Of a stretch of DNA of 64,000 nucleotides, positions 40,066 through 49,777 are shown piece by piece (position 1 is the stretch's first letter; every line of letters starts with the position of its first letter). The notes beneath the pieces are model-generated. The model had not been told where the DNA came from, searched no databases, and saw nothing but the letters and a program-made list of their open reading frames with translations. The stretch lies in assembly GCA_965214095.1 (NCBI GenBank), contig OZ243938.1, positions 4,768,001-4,832,000 on the forward strand, in the 5' to 3' direction. Source of the stretch: Candidatus Poribacteria bacterium. GTDB taxonomy: Bacteria > Poribacteria > WGA-4E > WGA-3G. Made by a program: the position numbers and the translations under genes.

Positions 40066-40812
40066 TTATTTTTCTTTTATATCCGCCCAAGTTGTAGTAA
40101 GTTTTCCTTGCGGTTCTACATCTGCTGGTGTGTCCATGACGTTTTGGATATCCGCTTCTGTTAGGACCTTGTCATAAAGACGCACCTCATCAATTTTACC
40201 TGGAAAATGATCCGTTGGTCTGCCAAAATCGTCACCACCAATCCAAAGTTCTAAGTCTGATGGTGTAATTGGAATGTTATTCGCACCTTCTCCTTCAAGT
40301 ATACCGTTTATATAGACCTTTAGTGTTTTTCCATCAAACGTCCCTGCAAAGTGATACCATTCACCAATCTTCCAATCTGTTGTTTTGGATTCAGCAAAGT
40401 TGTTATCTGGTTTCACAAGGAAATCAATACTATCCTTAGAAGCACCGAAGTCGAAAATAACGAAGATAGAATCGTTTTTAACCATCAACCTCCTACTTGT
40501 CAGTGCTTCATTAGGACTAAACCATGCCATTAGTGTGATTTTATCAGTTAGGTCTAATGCGTCGTCATCATCCACAACAACATGATCGTCAGCACCATCG
40601 AATTCAAGGGCAGTACCAAACTTTCCTGCGACCCATTTCGGATCTCCAGCAAATTCTCCATCATGTCCATTGCCAGTTATATCTGCGGCAGTTTTTCCAT
40701 TCCCTTCATCAAAGGACCAATAGCCGACAAGTCCATCATCAGCAGGATTAGCAAGACATATACTCGGGACAACAAACGAGCATATAAATAACACCAAGAA
40801 AACTTTAGACAT
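40066..40812 (-). CDS. secreted LamG-like jellyroll domain protein
   Basis: Signal peptide, YWSFDEG, WYHFAGTFDG, GKIDEVRLY, C-terminal VEPQGKLTTTWADIK. Confidence 0.9.
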   Translation of the reverse strand: MSKVFLVLFICSFVVPSICLANPADDGLVGYWSFDEGNGKTAADITGNGHDGEFAGDPKWVAGKFGTALEFDGADDHVVVDDDDALDLTDKITLMAWFSPNEALTSRRLMVKNDSIFVIFDFGASKDSIDFLVKPDNNFAESKTTDWKIGEWYHFAGTFDGKTLKVYINGILEGEGANNIPITPSDLELWIGGDDFGRPTDHFPGKIDEVRLYDKVLTEADIQNVMDTPADVEPQGKLTTTWADIKEK

Positions 40813-40987
40813 TGTAATTTCTCCTTTATGATAGTAAAGTATGATATGTTTTTGAGCATATTAATATTATACCATGTTTTGTGAGAAGGATGGGAATTAA
40901 AATATAAGCAGTGTGTGAAGTTTTGTCAGGTATGTCCGACTATGTTAACCGAACATGGTACACGCTGAGTTGAGATTTATGTGGTAA

Positions 40988-42841
40988 CTAACGCAAGTCC
41001 CATAAAAGGATAGTACCATCTCTGCTTGCACTTGCGAGTGTAGTGCCATCCGGAGAATACGCAATACAAGTAATCCCGCTCGTATGTCCTACAAGATCAA
41101 CTTTTTGCTGGTTTGTGTGTGTATCCCACAGATGCACTTTAAACCAACCCGCACCTGCGAGTGTAGTGCCATCCGGGGAATATGCCAAAGAAGCAACTCC
41201 ACTCCTCTCCCCGGTGAGAGTGGTTTTGTACTGCCCCGTGTGTGCGTCCCACAAACGCAGCCTCCCGCCCAAATCCGCACTGATGATTGTTTTTCCATCT
41301 GGGGCAAATACAATGGAAGCAATTTCCAATCTATGCCCAGTGAGAGTGGCTTTATACTGTCCTGTGTGTGCATTCCATAAACATACTGTTCTGTCCTTGC
41401 TTCCACTTGCGAGTATAGTGCCATCCGGAGAATACTCAACACAAGTGACACGCCCCGTATGTCTCGCGGGGGTGATTTTGTATTCTCCAGTCGCAACATC
41501 CCATAAAAACACACGGTTCTCCCTACCTCCACTTGCGATTGTTTCTCCATCTGGTGAAAACGCCATGGCAGTTATAGAAGTAGCAAGTCCACTACGTACA
41601 GAGAGGATGGCTTTGTGTAGTCCGGTGACCGTATCCCATAAACGTATTTCGTCCTCACTCCCACTGGCGAGTGTAGTACCATCCGGAGAATACTCAACAA
41701 AATAGACATTCTCACTGTGACCTATGAGTGTTGTTTCATGCTGTCCTGTAGCAGTATTGAACAGACGCACTGAATGATCTAAATTTGCGCTTGCGATTGT
41801 TTTTCCATCTGGTGAAAACGCGATAGAATTGACATACTTTGAATGTCCCGTCAGGGATGCCTTGTGTCTCCCTGTGATTGCATTCCATAGATGCACCGTT
41901 TCCACACTTGCGCTTGCGATTGTTTTTCCATCTGGTGAAAACGCGATGGAACGTACAGGCCCTATATGCCCTATGAGTGTTGTTTTTTTCTCTCCAGTGT
42001 GTGCATCCCACAGAAACACCGTCTTATCCTCACTTGCGCTTGCGATTGTTTTTCCATCTGGTGAAAACGCGATGGAACGTACAGGCCCTATATGCCCTAT
42101 GAGTGTTGTTTTTTTCTCTCCAGTGTGTGCATCCCACAGAAACACCGTCTTATCCTCACTCGCACTTGCGATTGTTTTTCCATCTGGAGAATACGCTATA
42201 GAAGTAACATGTCCAGTATGCCCTACGAGGATATTTTTGTGCATACCGGTGTTGGTATCCCACAGATGCACTGTATGATCTAAACTCCCGCTCACGACAG
42301 TTGTACCATCCGGTGCATAAGCTACACAAGTGATAAAACTTGCATGTCCTATAAAAACCCTTTTATGTAAACCCGTAGATAGGTCCCACAAACGTACTAC
42401 TGCATCCTCACCTCCACTTGCAAGTGTAGTCCCATCCGGAGAAAAACCTACAACTCGGACAGCATCCGAATGTCCTATAAGAGAGGCTTTGAGCTTTCTT
42501 GTGGTCGGATCCAACAGCCGTACAGTCTCATCACTCCCAGTTGCAATTGTTTTTCCATCTGGTGAAAACGCGATGGATTGGACATACCACTTATGCTTTG
42601 TGAGTAATGCATGTTCTTTGTAGGTGTGTGCATCGTATATCCAAATACCGATTGAACTTGCTACAGCGAGTTGATTACCATCTGGGGAATATACGATATT
42701 GCCAGTTATGCTACCTTTACCCAGACGAGTTTTAGCACCTTTGGGTAAACCCCATTGACTGTAATTATTGGCAAGCACGTTTGGCAATAACAAGGCAAAA
42801 AACAGGAACAAGATGACGACAAACATGTATGTCTTTTTCAT
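40988..42841 (-). CDS. secreted WD40-repeat protein
   Basis: Signal peptide, LPKGAKTRLGKG, many GH..V..AFSPDG..LAS...LWD repeats. Confidence 0.95.
   Translation of the reverse strand: MKKTYMFVVILFLFFALLLPNVLANNYSQWGLPKGAKTRLGKGSITGNIVYSPDGNQLAVASSIGIWIYDAHTYKEHALLTKHKWYVQSIAFSPDGKTIATGSDETVRLLDPTTRKLKASLIGHSDAVRVVGFSPDGTTLASGGEDAVVRLWDLSTGLHKRVFIGHASFITCVAYAPDGTTVVSGSLDHTVHLWDTNTGMHKNILVGHTGHVTSIAYSPDGKTIASASEDKTVFLWDAHTGEKKTTLIGHIGPVRSIAFSPDGKTIASASEDKTVFLWDAHTGEKKTTLIGHIGPVRSIAFSPDGKTIASASVETVHLWNAITGRHKASLTGHSKYVNSIAFSPDGKTIASANLDHSVRLFNTATGQHETTLIGHSENVYFVEYSPDGTTLASGSEDEIRLWDTVTGLHKAILSVRSGLATSITAMAFSPDGETIASGGRENRVFLWDVATGEYKITPARHTGRVTCVEYSPDGTILASGSKDRTVCLWNAHTGQYKATLTGHRLEIASIVFAPDGKTIISADLGGRLRLWDAHTGQYKTTLTGERSGVASLAYSPDGTTLAGAGWFKVHLWDTHTNQQKVDLVGHTSGITCIAYSPDGTTLASASRDGTILLWDLR
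41905..42160. repeat. exact 126-bp tandem duplication of one WD40 blade
   Basis: 41905-42030 repeats at 42031-42156. Confidence 0.9.
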
Positions 42842-42983
42842 TGGGAATATCCTCTTTTAAAGCAACAGGTTCATTACGGATAATTGTATTTTTTGATTGG
42901 TGCAAAGGGGTACTACAAATGACATCAGAAGTCAAGTTTTTGGGAGCGGGATGGTTAACGCTTAGATTCTTCATAAACGGATC

Positions 42984-43750
42984 TTATGAAGTCAACTCCT
43001 GCCTTTCCAAATCGATTGCAGATTTCATCGGCAATATCTTTATGCCCTTTCTTCGTCTTGCCTCGGATTTTAAGAGGTTGTGCAACGTTCCCTTGTTGTA
43101 CCTTGTAGGTTCTGCATTCCGAATCCAGTCCAATCTGTCAAGCAGATTAAGGTAACTCCCAACTCAATCAACTAATATAACTTCAAACTCAAGCCAGAAA
43201 CCCTGGAATTCTTCTATCCTACGTGGATCCTTCCAAGCCCCACGACGATGGACATATTTGGTGAAGTCCTTAGTGACATTTATCCACCTTTCAGCAAGTG
43301 GTGATAGTTCGTCAATTCCCAACGATTGTAGAATTGATGCTTTGTGTTTTCCTTCAATAGGTCCATACTTAATTTTTACGTTACCAGGTCTATTAATGTC
43401 AAAAGCAAAGTCACCTTTCTTCTTCTTTTTATATTGCAAGACTTCATCATCGGGTGTACTAATGGTAAACTCAAGTTCCTCTTTTATATCTTCGGACAGG
43501 ATATCCCTTAAACCCCATCAATTTCCCGTGCAATATGTGCTAATAGACTTGCCGCTGTTTCTAAACCTTCGTATTGTAAAATCCTAATCCCATCCAGATA
43601 ATAGGCAGCTATCTCAGGTCCAATAGATTTCAGGTTACGGTGAATTTCAACTTGTTGTGCGGATAACTCTACACCAAGACTTGAAGTGTCACCTGGTCCC
43701 TGCGATGAGTCATACTCATCATCAAACCCATCATTCACTTTTTCTTTCAC
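42984..43750 (-). pseudogene. truncated, disrupted gene (frameshift plus internal stop)
   Basis: ORF 43508..43750 (AHIAREIDG) continues after a 1-nt shift as GLRDILSE into ORF 43164..43439, then past a TGA as VGSYLNLLDRLD to TAA near 42984. Confidence 0.65.
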
Positions 43751-44019
43751 CTCTAAGTTTTAAAACTCTTTAGTCACATAATAACATACCTCAAAGCAAA
43801 TATCAACATATCTAACCATGGATATCCAAATGTGTCACTATCTGATAGACAGAAAATATGAAAACTAATACACATATCAAAATGATTGACAAGGCACGAA
43901 AATCATGCTATAATCGTTTTAGGATTACAAAGGAATCCATAAGTTTATTTTCCACCGTTAAACACATGAAATAGTCGTAATTGACGAAAAAAGTAACCAT
44001 ATACTTTGGAGAACCATTT

Positions 44020-45207
44020 ATGAAATCGTATAGGCAAATCGTAGAGGAGGCAAAAACAGAGATTCCAGAAGTCACAGCCACAGACGTTAAAGAAGACAAG
44101 GAAAACGGAAGTGACTTTGTCCTGTTGGATGTGCGCGATGAAGATGAATACCGTGCGGGTTATATACCCGATGCTGTTCACGTAACTCGTGGGATGCTGG
44201 AATTCTCTGTTGAAGATTACATTCCGGACCGAGATCAAAAGGTAGTGGTGTATTGTGCTGCTGGATCACGTTCACTCCTCGCTGCAAAATCCCTGCGTGA
44301 GATGGGATATACAGATACCGTATCCATGGCGGGTGGATACAGAGGCTGGTCTACTGCTGGATTCCCAACTGCACAAGATAAAGAGATGTCACATGATCAA
44401 CTTGACAGATATAGTCGTCACTTCATGCTTACCGAAGTCGGTGAACGCGGACAAGCAAAGCTACTTGATGCGAAAGTGTTACTCGTCGGTGCTGGTGGGT
44501 TAGGTTCGCCTGCTGGTGTATATCTTGGTGCTGCTGGTATAGGACAGATGGGGATTATTGACTCAGATGTTGTGGAGTTGAGCAACCTACAACGTCAGAT
44601 CCTTCACCGCACAGAAGCAGTTGGCACCCCGAAAGTTCAGTCGGCAACTACAACGATAAAATCACTCAATCCAGATGTTGAGATTACACCGTATAACCTT
44701 CGACTCACTGCAGACAATGTTGAGGAGATATTCTCTGAATACGATCTGATTGTTGATGGATGCGACAACTTCGCAACGCGATTCCTTGTCAACGATGCTG
44801 CTGTGCTGATGAATAAACCGATTGTGCATGGTAGTATTTTTCAGTTTGAGGGGCAAGTATCGCTCTTTAAACCCAACGAAGGTCCCTGCTACCGATGCAT
44901 GTATCCTACGCCTCCACCACCCGGCTTGGTGCCAAGCTGAAGTGAAGCCGGTGTCCTGGGCGTGCTCCCAGGCGTAATTGGCGTGATGATGGCAACTGAA
45001 GCGATCAAGTATATTCTTGGTCTCGGTGAACCGCTTATCGGTAGGCTAATCCTTTATGATGCACTTAGTATGACTTATCGCGAAATGAAAGTCCCTCGTG
45101 ATGAAAATTGCCCACTATGCGGTGAAAATCCGAGTATAACAAAACTGATTGAAGATTACGATGCAGCAGCTGAAAATCCTGAAACCTTCGCTCCTGCCGC
45201 TGATTGA
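44020..45207 (+). CDS. moeB: rhodanese-MoeB/ThiF fusion (MoeB/MoeZ-like adenylyltransferase), putative selenoprotein with Sec307
   Basis: Rhodanese YCAAGSRS; RYSRH, GAGGLG, SNLQRQ, CYRC, PPPGLVPS-TGA(44938-40)-SEAGVLGVLPG, in frame with ORF 44962..45207 containing CPLC. Confidence 0.9.
44947..44982 (+). promoter_or_regulatory. candidate bacterial SECIS element
   Basis: Lower stem GCCGGT/ATTGGC, upper stem CCTGGG/CCCAGG, loop CGTGCT starting 20 nt after the TGA. Confidence 0.7.
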
Positions 45208-45231
45208 TTTTGTCTGATCTGTGGATTATAT

Positions 45232-45370
45232 TATAGCAAAAAATCATAATTACTTACACACTACGGTAGGTTCGGTTTCCTAACCGAACCGGTGTTTGTT
45301 CAGTGTTATAGATGCGGTTAGGAAACCGCATCTACCTGGGAGTGTGGACGTAATTTTACATTTCACTATA
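45232..45370. mobile_element. MITE/REPIN-like element family A, copy 3 (shorter)
   Basis: Same ends and GTAGGTTCGGTTTCCTAACCGAACC as 10378-10533 but lacks the central GCAGAATG..CATTCTGC hairpin. Confidence 0.8.
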
Positions 45371-45386
45371 AGAGTTGGTGATTGGC

Positions 45387-46679
45387 ATGATTACCCATAT
45401 TCGAATGAAAAACTTCAAATCATGGAAAGATAGTGGTGAGGTCCAACTTGCACCTTTGACTGGCTTTTTCGGGACAAATAGTTCTGGGAAGAGTAGTCTG
45501 TTGCAGATGCTGCTATTGCTTAAACAGACTGCAGAGAGGAAAGATGCAGAGGAAGTTATTTTTTTTGGTGATGAAACTTCTTATGTAAATCTCAGAGATT
45601 TTCGCGAGGTGATTCATGAACATGACCCTGGAAATGAACTATATTTTATGATAGAGGCTGCAGTCAGTTCTCCGAATTTAATCAAAGATTGGGCACTTAT
45701 GCCTATATCTAGGTTTACTTTTGAGACAGAAATCATTGAGAATAGAGACAAACTATGTGTTAATTCTTTATGCTATAAAAGTCTATATAATAACACTAAA
45801 TACTCATGGCAATCGGAGCACACAGTGAATAATGATGAAAATACTTCTGACATCAATATAAAGAGCTGCTACGGTCTTACATCCTCAAAAGATATTGAAG
45901 AATCAGAAATGCTTGATACTTTTTCATCAGGATTTGAGCTACACTTTTCTCATGTATTCTATCTTGGTCCTATTCGCGCACATCCACAAAGACAGTATCA
46001 TTGGGAAGGCGATCATCCTAAAGATATTGGTAAATTGGGGGATAAAACAATTGACGCTTTACTCTCTGCACGTATTGATAGAAAAACAATTCTATACGAC
46101 GAGGGAGAAGTATCAATTGAGGAGAGAATATCTGAATGGTTACGTGAAATGAAACTTGCCAATTCTTTTATGTTAGAACGATCAAACAATCATAATGGTA
46201 AAGATTATGATGTCCGTATCCAGATGAAAGAAGATGGTCCAAAAATTGCACTTGCTGATATGGGGTATGGATTATCCCAATTTTTACCCGTTTTAGTTCT
46301 CTGCTACTATGCTCCTGAAGGTTCAACCTTGATTCTGGAACAACCAGGAATTCACCTACATCCGATGGTTCAAGCACAACTTGCTGACCTACTGATAGAA
46401 GTTGTCAACGAACGAAAATTACAAATCTTGGTGGAAAGTCATAGTGAACATCTATTGTCGCGTTTGCAGTTGCGAGTAGCAGAAGAAAAAATTGCAGCAA
46501 ATCAGACGGCACTCTATTTCTGTGAAAATGAGAATGGAACATCTAAAATCAAGTCGCTTGAGTTAGATGATCTTGGCAATATTACAAATTGGCCAAAAAA
46601 CTTTTTTGGTAATGTGAGAGGTGATCTTACGAAAATGGCACGTCTACAGATAAAGCGGCAGAAGGAAGCAGAGGGTTAA
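45387..46679 (+). CDS. AAA_15/AAA_21-type ABC-fold ATPase (DUF3696-like C-terminus)
   Basis: NFKS, GTNSSGKSS, YLGPIR, MGYGLSQFLP, LEQPGIHLHP, ESHSEH, WPKNFF. Confidence 0.85.
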   Translation: MITHIRMKNFKSWKDSGEVQLAPLTGFFGTNSSGKSSLLQMLLLLKQTAERKDAEEVIFFGDETSYVNLRDFREVIHEHDPGNELYFMIEAAVSSPNLIKDWALMPISRFTFETEIIENRDKLCVNSLCYKSLYNNTKYSWQSEHTVNNDENTSDINIKSCYGLTSSKDIEESEMLDTFSSGFELHFSHVFYLGPIRAHPQRQYHWEGDHPKDIGKLGDKTIDALLSARIDRKTILYDEGEVSIEERISEWLREMKLANSFMLERSNNHNGKDYDVRIQMKEDGPKIALADMGYGLSQFLPVLVLCYYAPEGSTLILEQPGIHLHPMVQAQLADLLIEVVNERKLQILVESHSEHLLSRLQLRVAEEKIAANQTALYFCENENGTSKIKSLELDDLGNITNWPKNFFGNVRGDLTKMARLQIKRQKEAEG

Positions 46680-47209
46680 TGTCAGCAGTTGTTATAGATA
46701 CAAATGTGATCCTTGTCGCAAAAGGTATGTCTGAACAGGCTTGGGACGAATGTGTAGTAACATGTCAGGAACGATTAGATAAGATTATTGATGGTAGCGA
46801 AAAAGTCGTAATTGATGATCAAAGGTTAATACTCGGAGAATATTTAGATTACCTTGATGAGGATGATACAACAACCAATGGACGTAATAGCGGTCACTTT
46901 TTGGAATGGTTCATAAGAAACTATCAGAATCCAGAGCAATGTATACAAGTGAATATTTCACCAACCGACCATTTGCGCGGTTTTGAAGAATTACCCGACG
47001 TATTCATAAACTTTGACTCTGACGACAAGAAGTTTATTGCAGTATCAGTCGTATATGAAAATGAATACCAGCAAAAGACTACTATTCTACAATCGGTTGA
47101 TAGCCAATGGTATGGATTAAGAAGTGTATTCATTGAGTATGGTTTGGTTATAGAATTTCTCTGCGAAGATAATATCCGTCACATTTACGAAAGACGTGAG
47201 AGTAGGTGA
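46679..47209 (+). CDS. PIN domain protein
   Basis: VVIDTNVI, ILGEY, DSDDKKFIAV; translationally coupled to the ATPase. Confidence 0.75.
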   Translation: MSAVVIDTNVILVAKGMSEQAWDECVVTCQERLDKIIDGSEKVVIDDQRLILGEYLDYLDEDDTTTNGRNSGHFLEWFIRNYQNPEQCIQVNISPTDHLRGFEELPDVFINFDSDDKKFIAVSVVYENEYQQKTTILQSVDSQWYGLRSVFIEYGLVIEFLCEDNIRHIYERRESR

Positions 47210-47307
47210 ATCAGAACAATTCATTCAACAAATGTTGTCATGTACTTTCAAGGAAAACACCCATCTGTGGAAAATTCAAAACAATGTCTATCAATATATG
47301 ACACAAA

Positions 47308-48156
47308 ATGCCACGTAATATCCGCATCCTAATCCTACTCTCCCCCGTTATCTTCTGGCTTCTCATATTCTTCTTTCTTCCTCTCATTTCTGTATTTATC
47401 TATAGTTTCCTAAAACGCGGTACGTACGGTGGTATAGAAGCACATTTCACTTTAGAAAACTACCAACGTTTTTTTGATCCAATCTATCTACGCATCCTCT
47501 GGCGGTCAGTCTCAACGGCATTCGTTTGCACTGCCATTTGCCTACTTGTGGGCTACCCTTTTGCTTATTACCTTGCATACTACCGTCCTAAATTCCGTAA
47601 TGTCCTGTTGCTGCTTGTCGTAGTGCCATTCTGGATCAACTTTCTCATTCGCACTTATGCGTGGATACTCATACTCCGCACAGAAGGACTTCTGAACTCA
47701 TCGCTTTCAGTTCTAATTCCAGGTTTTCAACCTCTTGAACTCTTAAACACACCATTGGCTGTGCAGATAGGTCTGGTATATGGATATTTACCATTTATGA
47801 TCCTCCCACTATATGTTGCGTTAGAACAGATGGATTTATCTCTAATAGATGCAGCAAAGGATTTGGGAGCATCTGCAAGACATGCTTTCTGGCACATAAC
47901 ATTACCATTGAGTCTACCCGGTATACTTGCTGGGTCAATGTTAGTCTTTATTCCAACCGTAGGTGCATTTCTAACACCAGACATCCTTGGTGGTGGAAAA
48001 GTCAGTTTTATTGGAAATGTTATTGAACGACAATTTAAGACAGCGAGAGATTTTCCCTTTGGTGCTGCGCTCTCTTTCATACTCATGTTAATCGTGCTTA
48101 TGGGAACGGTGTTGTATTTTCGCGCCTTAAAAGGTCGTGAATCTATAGAAACTTAA
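47308..48156 (+). CDS. potB: spermidine/putrescine ABC permease PotB-like
   Basis: PFWINFLIRTYAW, YLPFMILPLY, EAA-like DAAKDLGA. Confidence 0.85.
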   Translation: MPRNIRILILLSPVIFWLLIFFFLPLISVFIYSFLKRGTYGGIEAHFTLENYQRFFDPIYLRILWRSVSTAFVCTAICLLVGYPFAYYLAYYRPKFRNVLLLLVVVPFWINFLIRTYAWILILRTEGLLNSSLSVLIPGFQPLELLNTPLAVQIGLVYGYLPFMILPLYVALEQMDLSLIDAAKDLGASARHAFWHITLPLSLPGILAGSMLVFIPTVGAFLTPDILGGGKVSFIGNVIERQFKTARDFPFGAALSFILMLIVLMGTVLYFRALKGRESIET

Positions 48157-48196
48157 AGAGACTTATGACAAACAAATACTACTGCTAAACAAAAGA

Positions 48197-48973
48197 ATGA
48201 AACGATTACTTGAAGCCAATATAATCTTAGTCTTTCTATTTCTTTATCTTCCTATTTTCGTAGTCATTGTTTTCTCGTTCAACAGTGGCAATCAGATATC
48301 AGTATGGGATGGATTTTCGTTTGCTTGGTATGGGAAACTGTTTAAGAACCCTAATGTGTGGCGTGCATGCAAGAATAGTCTGATAATTGCAGGTGTCGCA
48401 ACTTTTATCTCAACTATCATTGGAACAGCAGCAGCACTTGCGATAGAAAAATATCGGTTTCGATTTCGTGGTACACTCATTAAAGCTTTATTCCTTCCAA
48501 TGATTATTCCAGATATAGTTCTGGCTATCGCAGTGTTGACGTTCTATAGAACGGTGGTTGACTATCCATTAGGACTAACTTCAGTAATTTTTGCACATGT
48601 AGTCTTCAACATAGCCTATGTTACAATTGTTGTTCGTGCCCGTTTAGAAGGATACGATGCAACGGTAGAGGAAGCAGCACTTGACCTTGGGGCAAATGAA
48701 TGGCAAACATTTTGGCGGATAACCTTACCGCTCATCGCTCCAGGGATCATTGGTGGGGCACTACTTGCATTTACACTCTCTATAGACGATTTTGTCATCA
48801 CATTCTTCACTGCAGGTGTTGGCTATACCACCTTATCTGTCCATATATATTCAAGTATAAAATTTGGTATCACACCTGAACTAAATGCCATTTCAACAAT
48901 GTTGCTTGTGAATTCTATCGTCCTCATTTTATTGTTCCTGTGGTTTCGAGGAAGAAAAACAGAATCAATCTAA
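48197..48973 (+). CDS. potC: spermidine/putrescine ABC permease PotC-like
   Basis: FLYLPI..FSFN, EEAALDLGA, FTLSIDDFVITFF, PELNAIST. Confidence 0.85.
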   Translation: MKRLLEANIILVFLFLYLPIFVVIVFSFNSGNQISVWDGFSFAWYGKLFKNPNVWRACKNSLIIAGVATFISTIIGTAAALAIEKYRFRFRGTLIKALFLPMIIPDIVLAIAVLTFYRTVVDYPLGLTSVIFAHVVFNIAYVTIVVRARLEGYDATVEEAALDLGANEWQTFWRITLPLIAPGIIGGALLAFTLSIDDFVITFFTAGVGYTTLSVHIYSSIKFGITPELNAISTMLLVNSIVLILLFLWFRGRKTESI

Positions 48974-49008
48974 TCATTATACCATTATAATGGTATAATA
49001 TAAATTAT

Positions 49009-49761
49009 ATGAAAAACAGATATATACAAATCCATATTCTACTAATCTTCGGCCTAATTTCACTCTGTGTTCTTACTGGTTGTGATATAAACGATCCACT
49101 AAGTTTAGATTCAGAGATGCTTGATGTAGATTTAGCATCCGCCTCCAATAGCATCAATATTGGAGATACCACAACTATCTCTGCTAACATAACATACTCT
49201 GGAAATACTGATGTGCTGGTCTACAAATGGAGTACAACGGGTGGAAGAATATCTGGTGAAGGTTCGAACGTTGTTTATATTGCACCTGAAACAGAAGGTT
49301 CTTACACCATTACCCTTGAAGTCTCTGATGGCACTGTAACAGAATGGGATGAACTAAGGATTACTGTCAATATTGGACCTGCCATAGTTGCCTCTCCTAA
49401 TCGCTACTGGCAAGGGAATTCGTTCACACAATCCCTAACATTTCAATTGAACGTGCAGCAAATAATCCAGGAGAACTTACGTCTAAGATACGATATTTTA
49501 CAGGACACAGCACGCACAGGTGCATTCTTAAGTATCTCAATCAACGGTGCATCCGTTGTAAGAAATCGTGCAATCGGTGAAGTCCAACCTTTAGAAATGA
49601 TTCCCATTGCCGATGAAGTAGATGTATCTTCTGTTATCCGTGAACGTGGAAACTATGAGTTGACTATGACGTTGGAAGTTGTGAATGTAATGGAAAACGC
49701 GTGGTTATTGAGAAAACTCACGTTGATCGGTGCTGAAGGAACGATATCTGAAATACGTTAA
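49009..49761 (+). CDS. lipoprotein with Ig/PKD-like domain
   Basis: Lipobox LTGC; [25 protein letters not shown]. Confidence 0.7.
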   Translation: MKNRYIQIHILLIFGLISLCVLTGCDINDPLSLDSEMLDVDLASASNSINIGDTTTISANITYSGNTDVLVYKWSTTGGRISGEGSNVVYIAPETEGSYTITLEVSDGTVTEWDELRITVNIGPAIVASPNRYWQGNSFTQSLTFQLNVQQIIQENLRLRYDILQDTARTGAFLSISINGASVVRNRAIGEVQPLEMIPIADEVDVSSVIRERGNYELTMTLEVVNVMENAWLLRKLTLIGAEGTISEIR

Positions 49762-49777
49762 TCGTATAGGAACGATT

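Noticed and set aside
41043-42623. Long antisense ORFs over the WD40 gene (and similar shadows such as 5504..6151)
   Set aside because: Antisense shadows of repetitive or biased coding sequence, with no independent protein features
43164-43166. In-frame TGA (ILVD*VGSYLNLL) as a third selenocysteine
   Set aside because: Hydrophobic helix context with no Cys-type motif, and the same gene has a frameshift near 43510 and is truncated; a nonsense mutation in a pseudogene is more likely
8276-45370. Repeats as a CRISPR array
   Set aside because: Copies are dispersed and inverted, with no regular repeat-spacer periodicity and no cas genes
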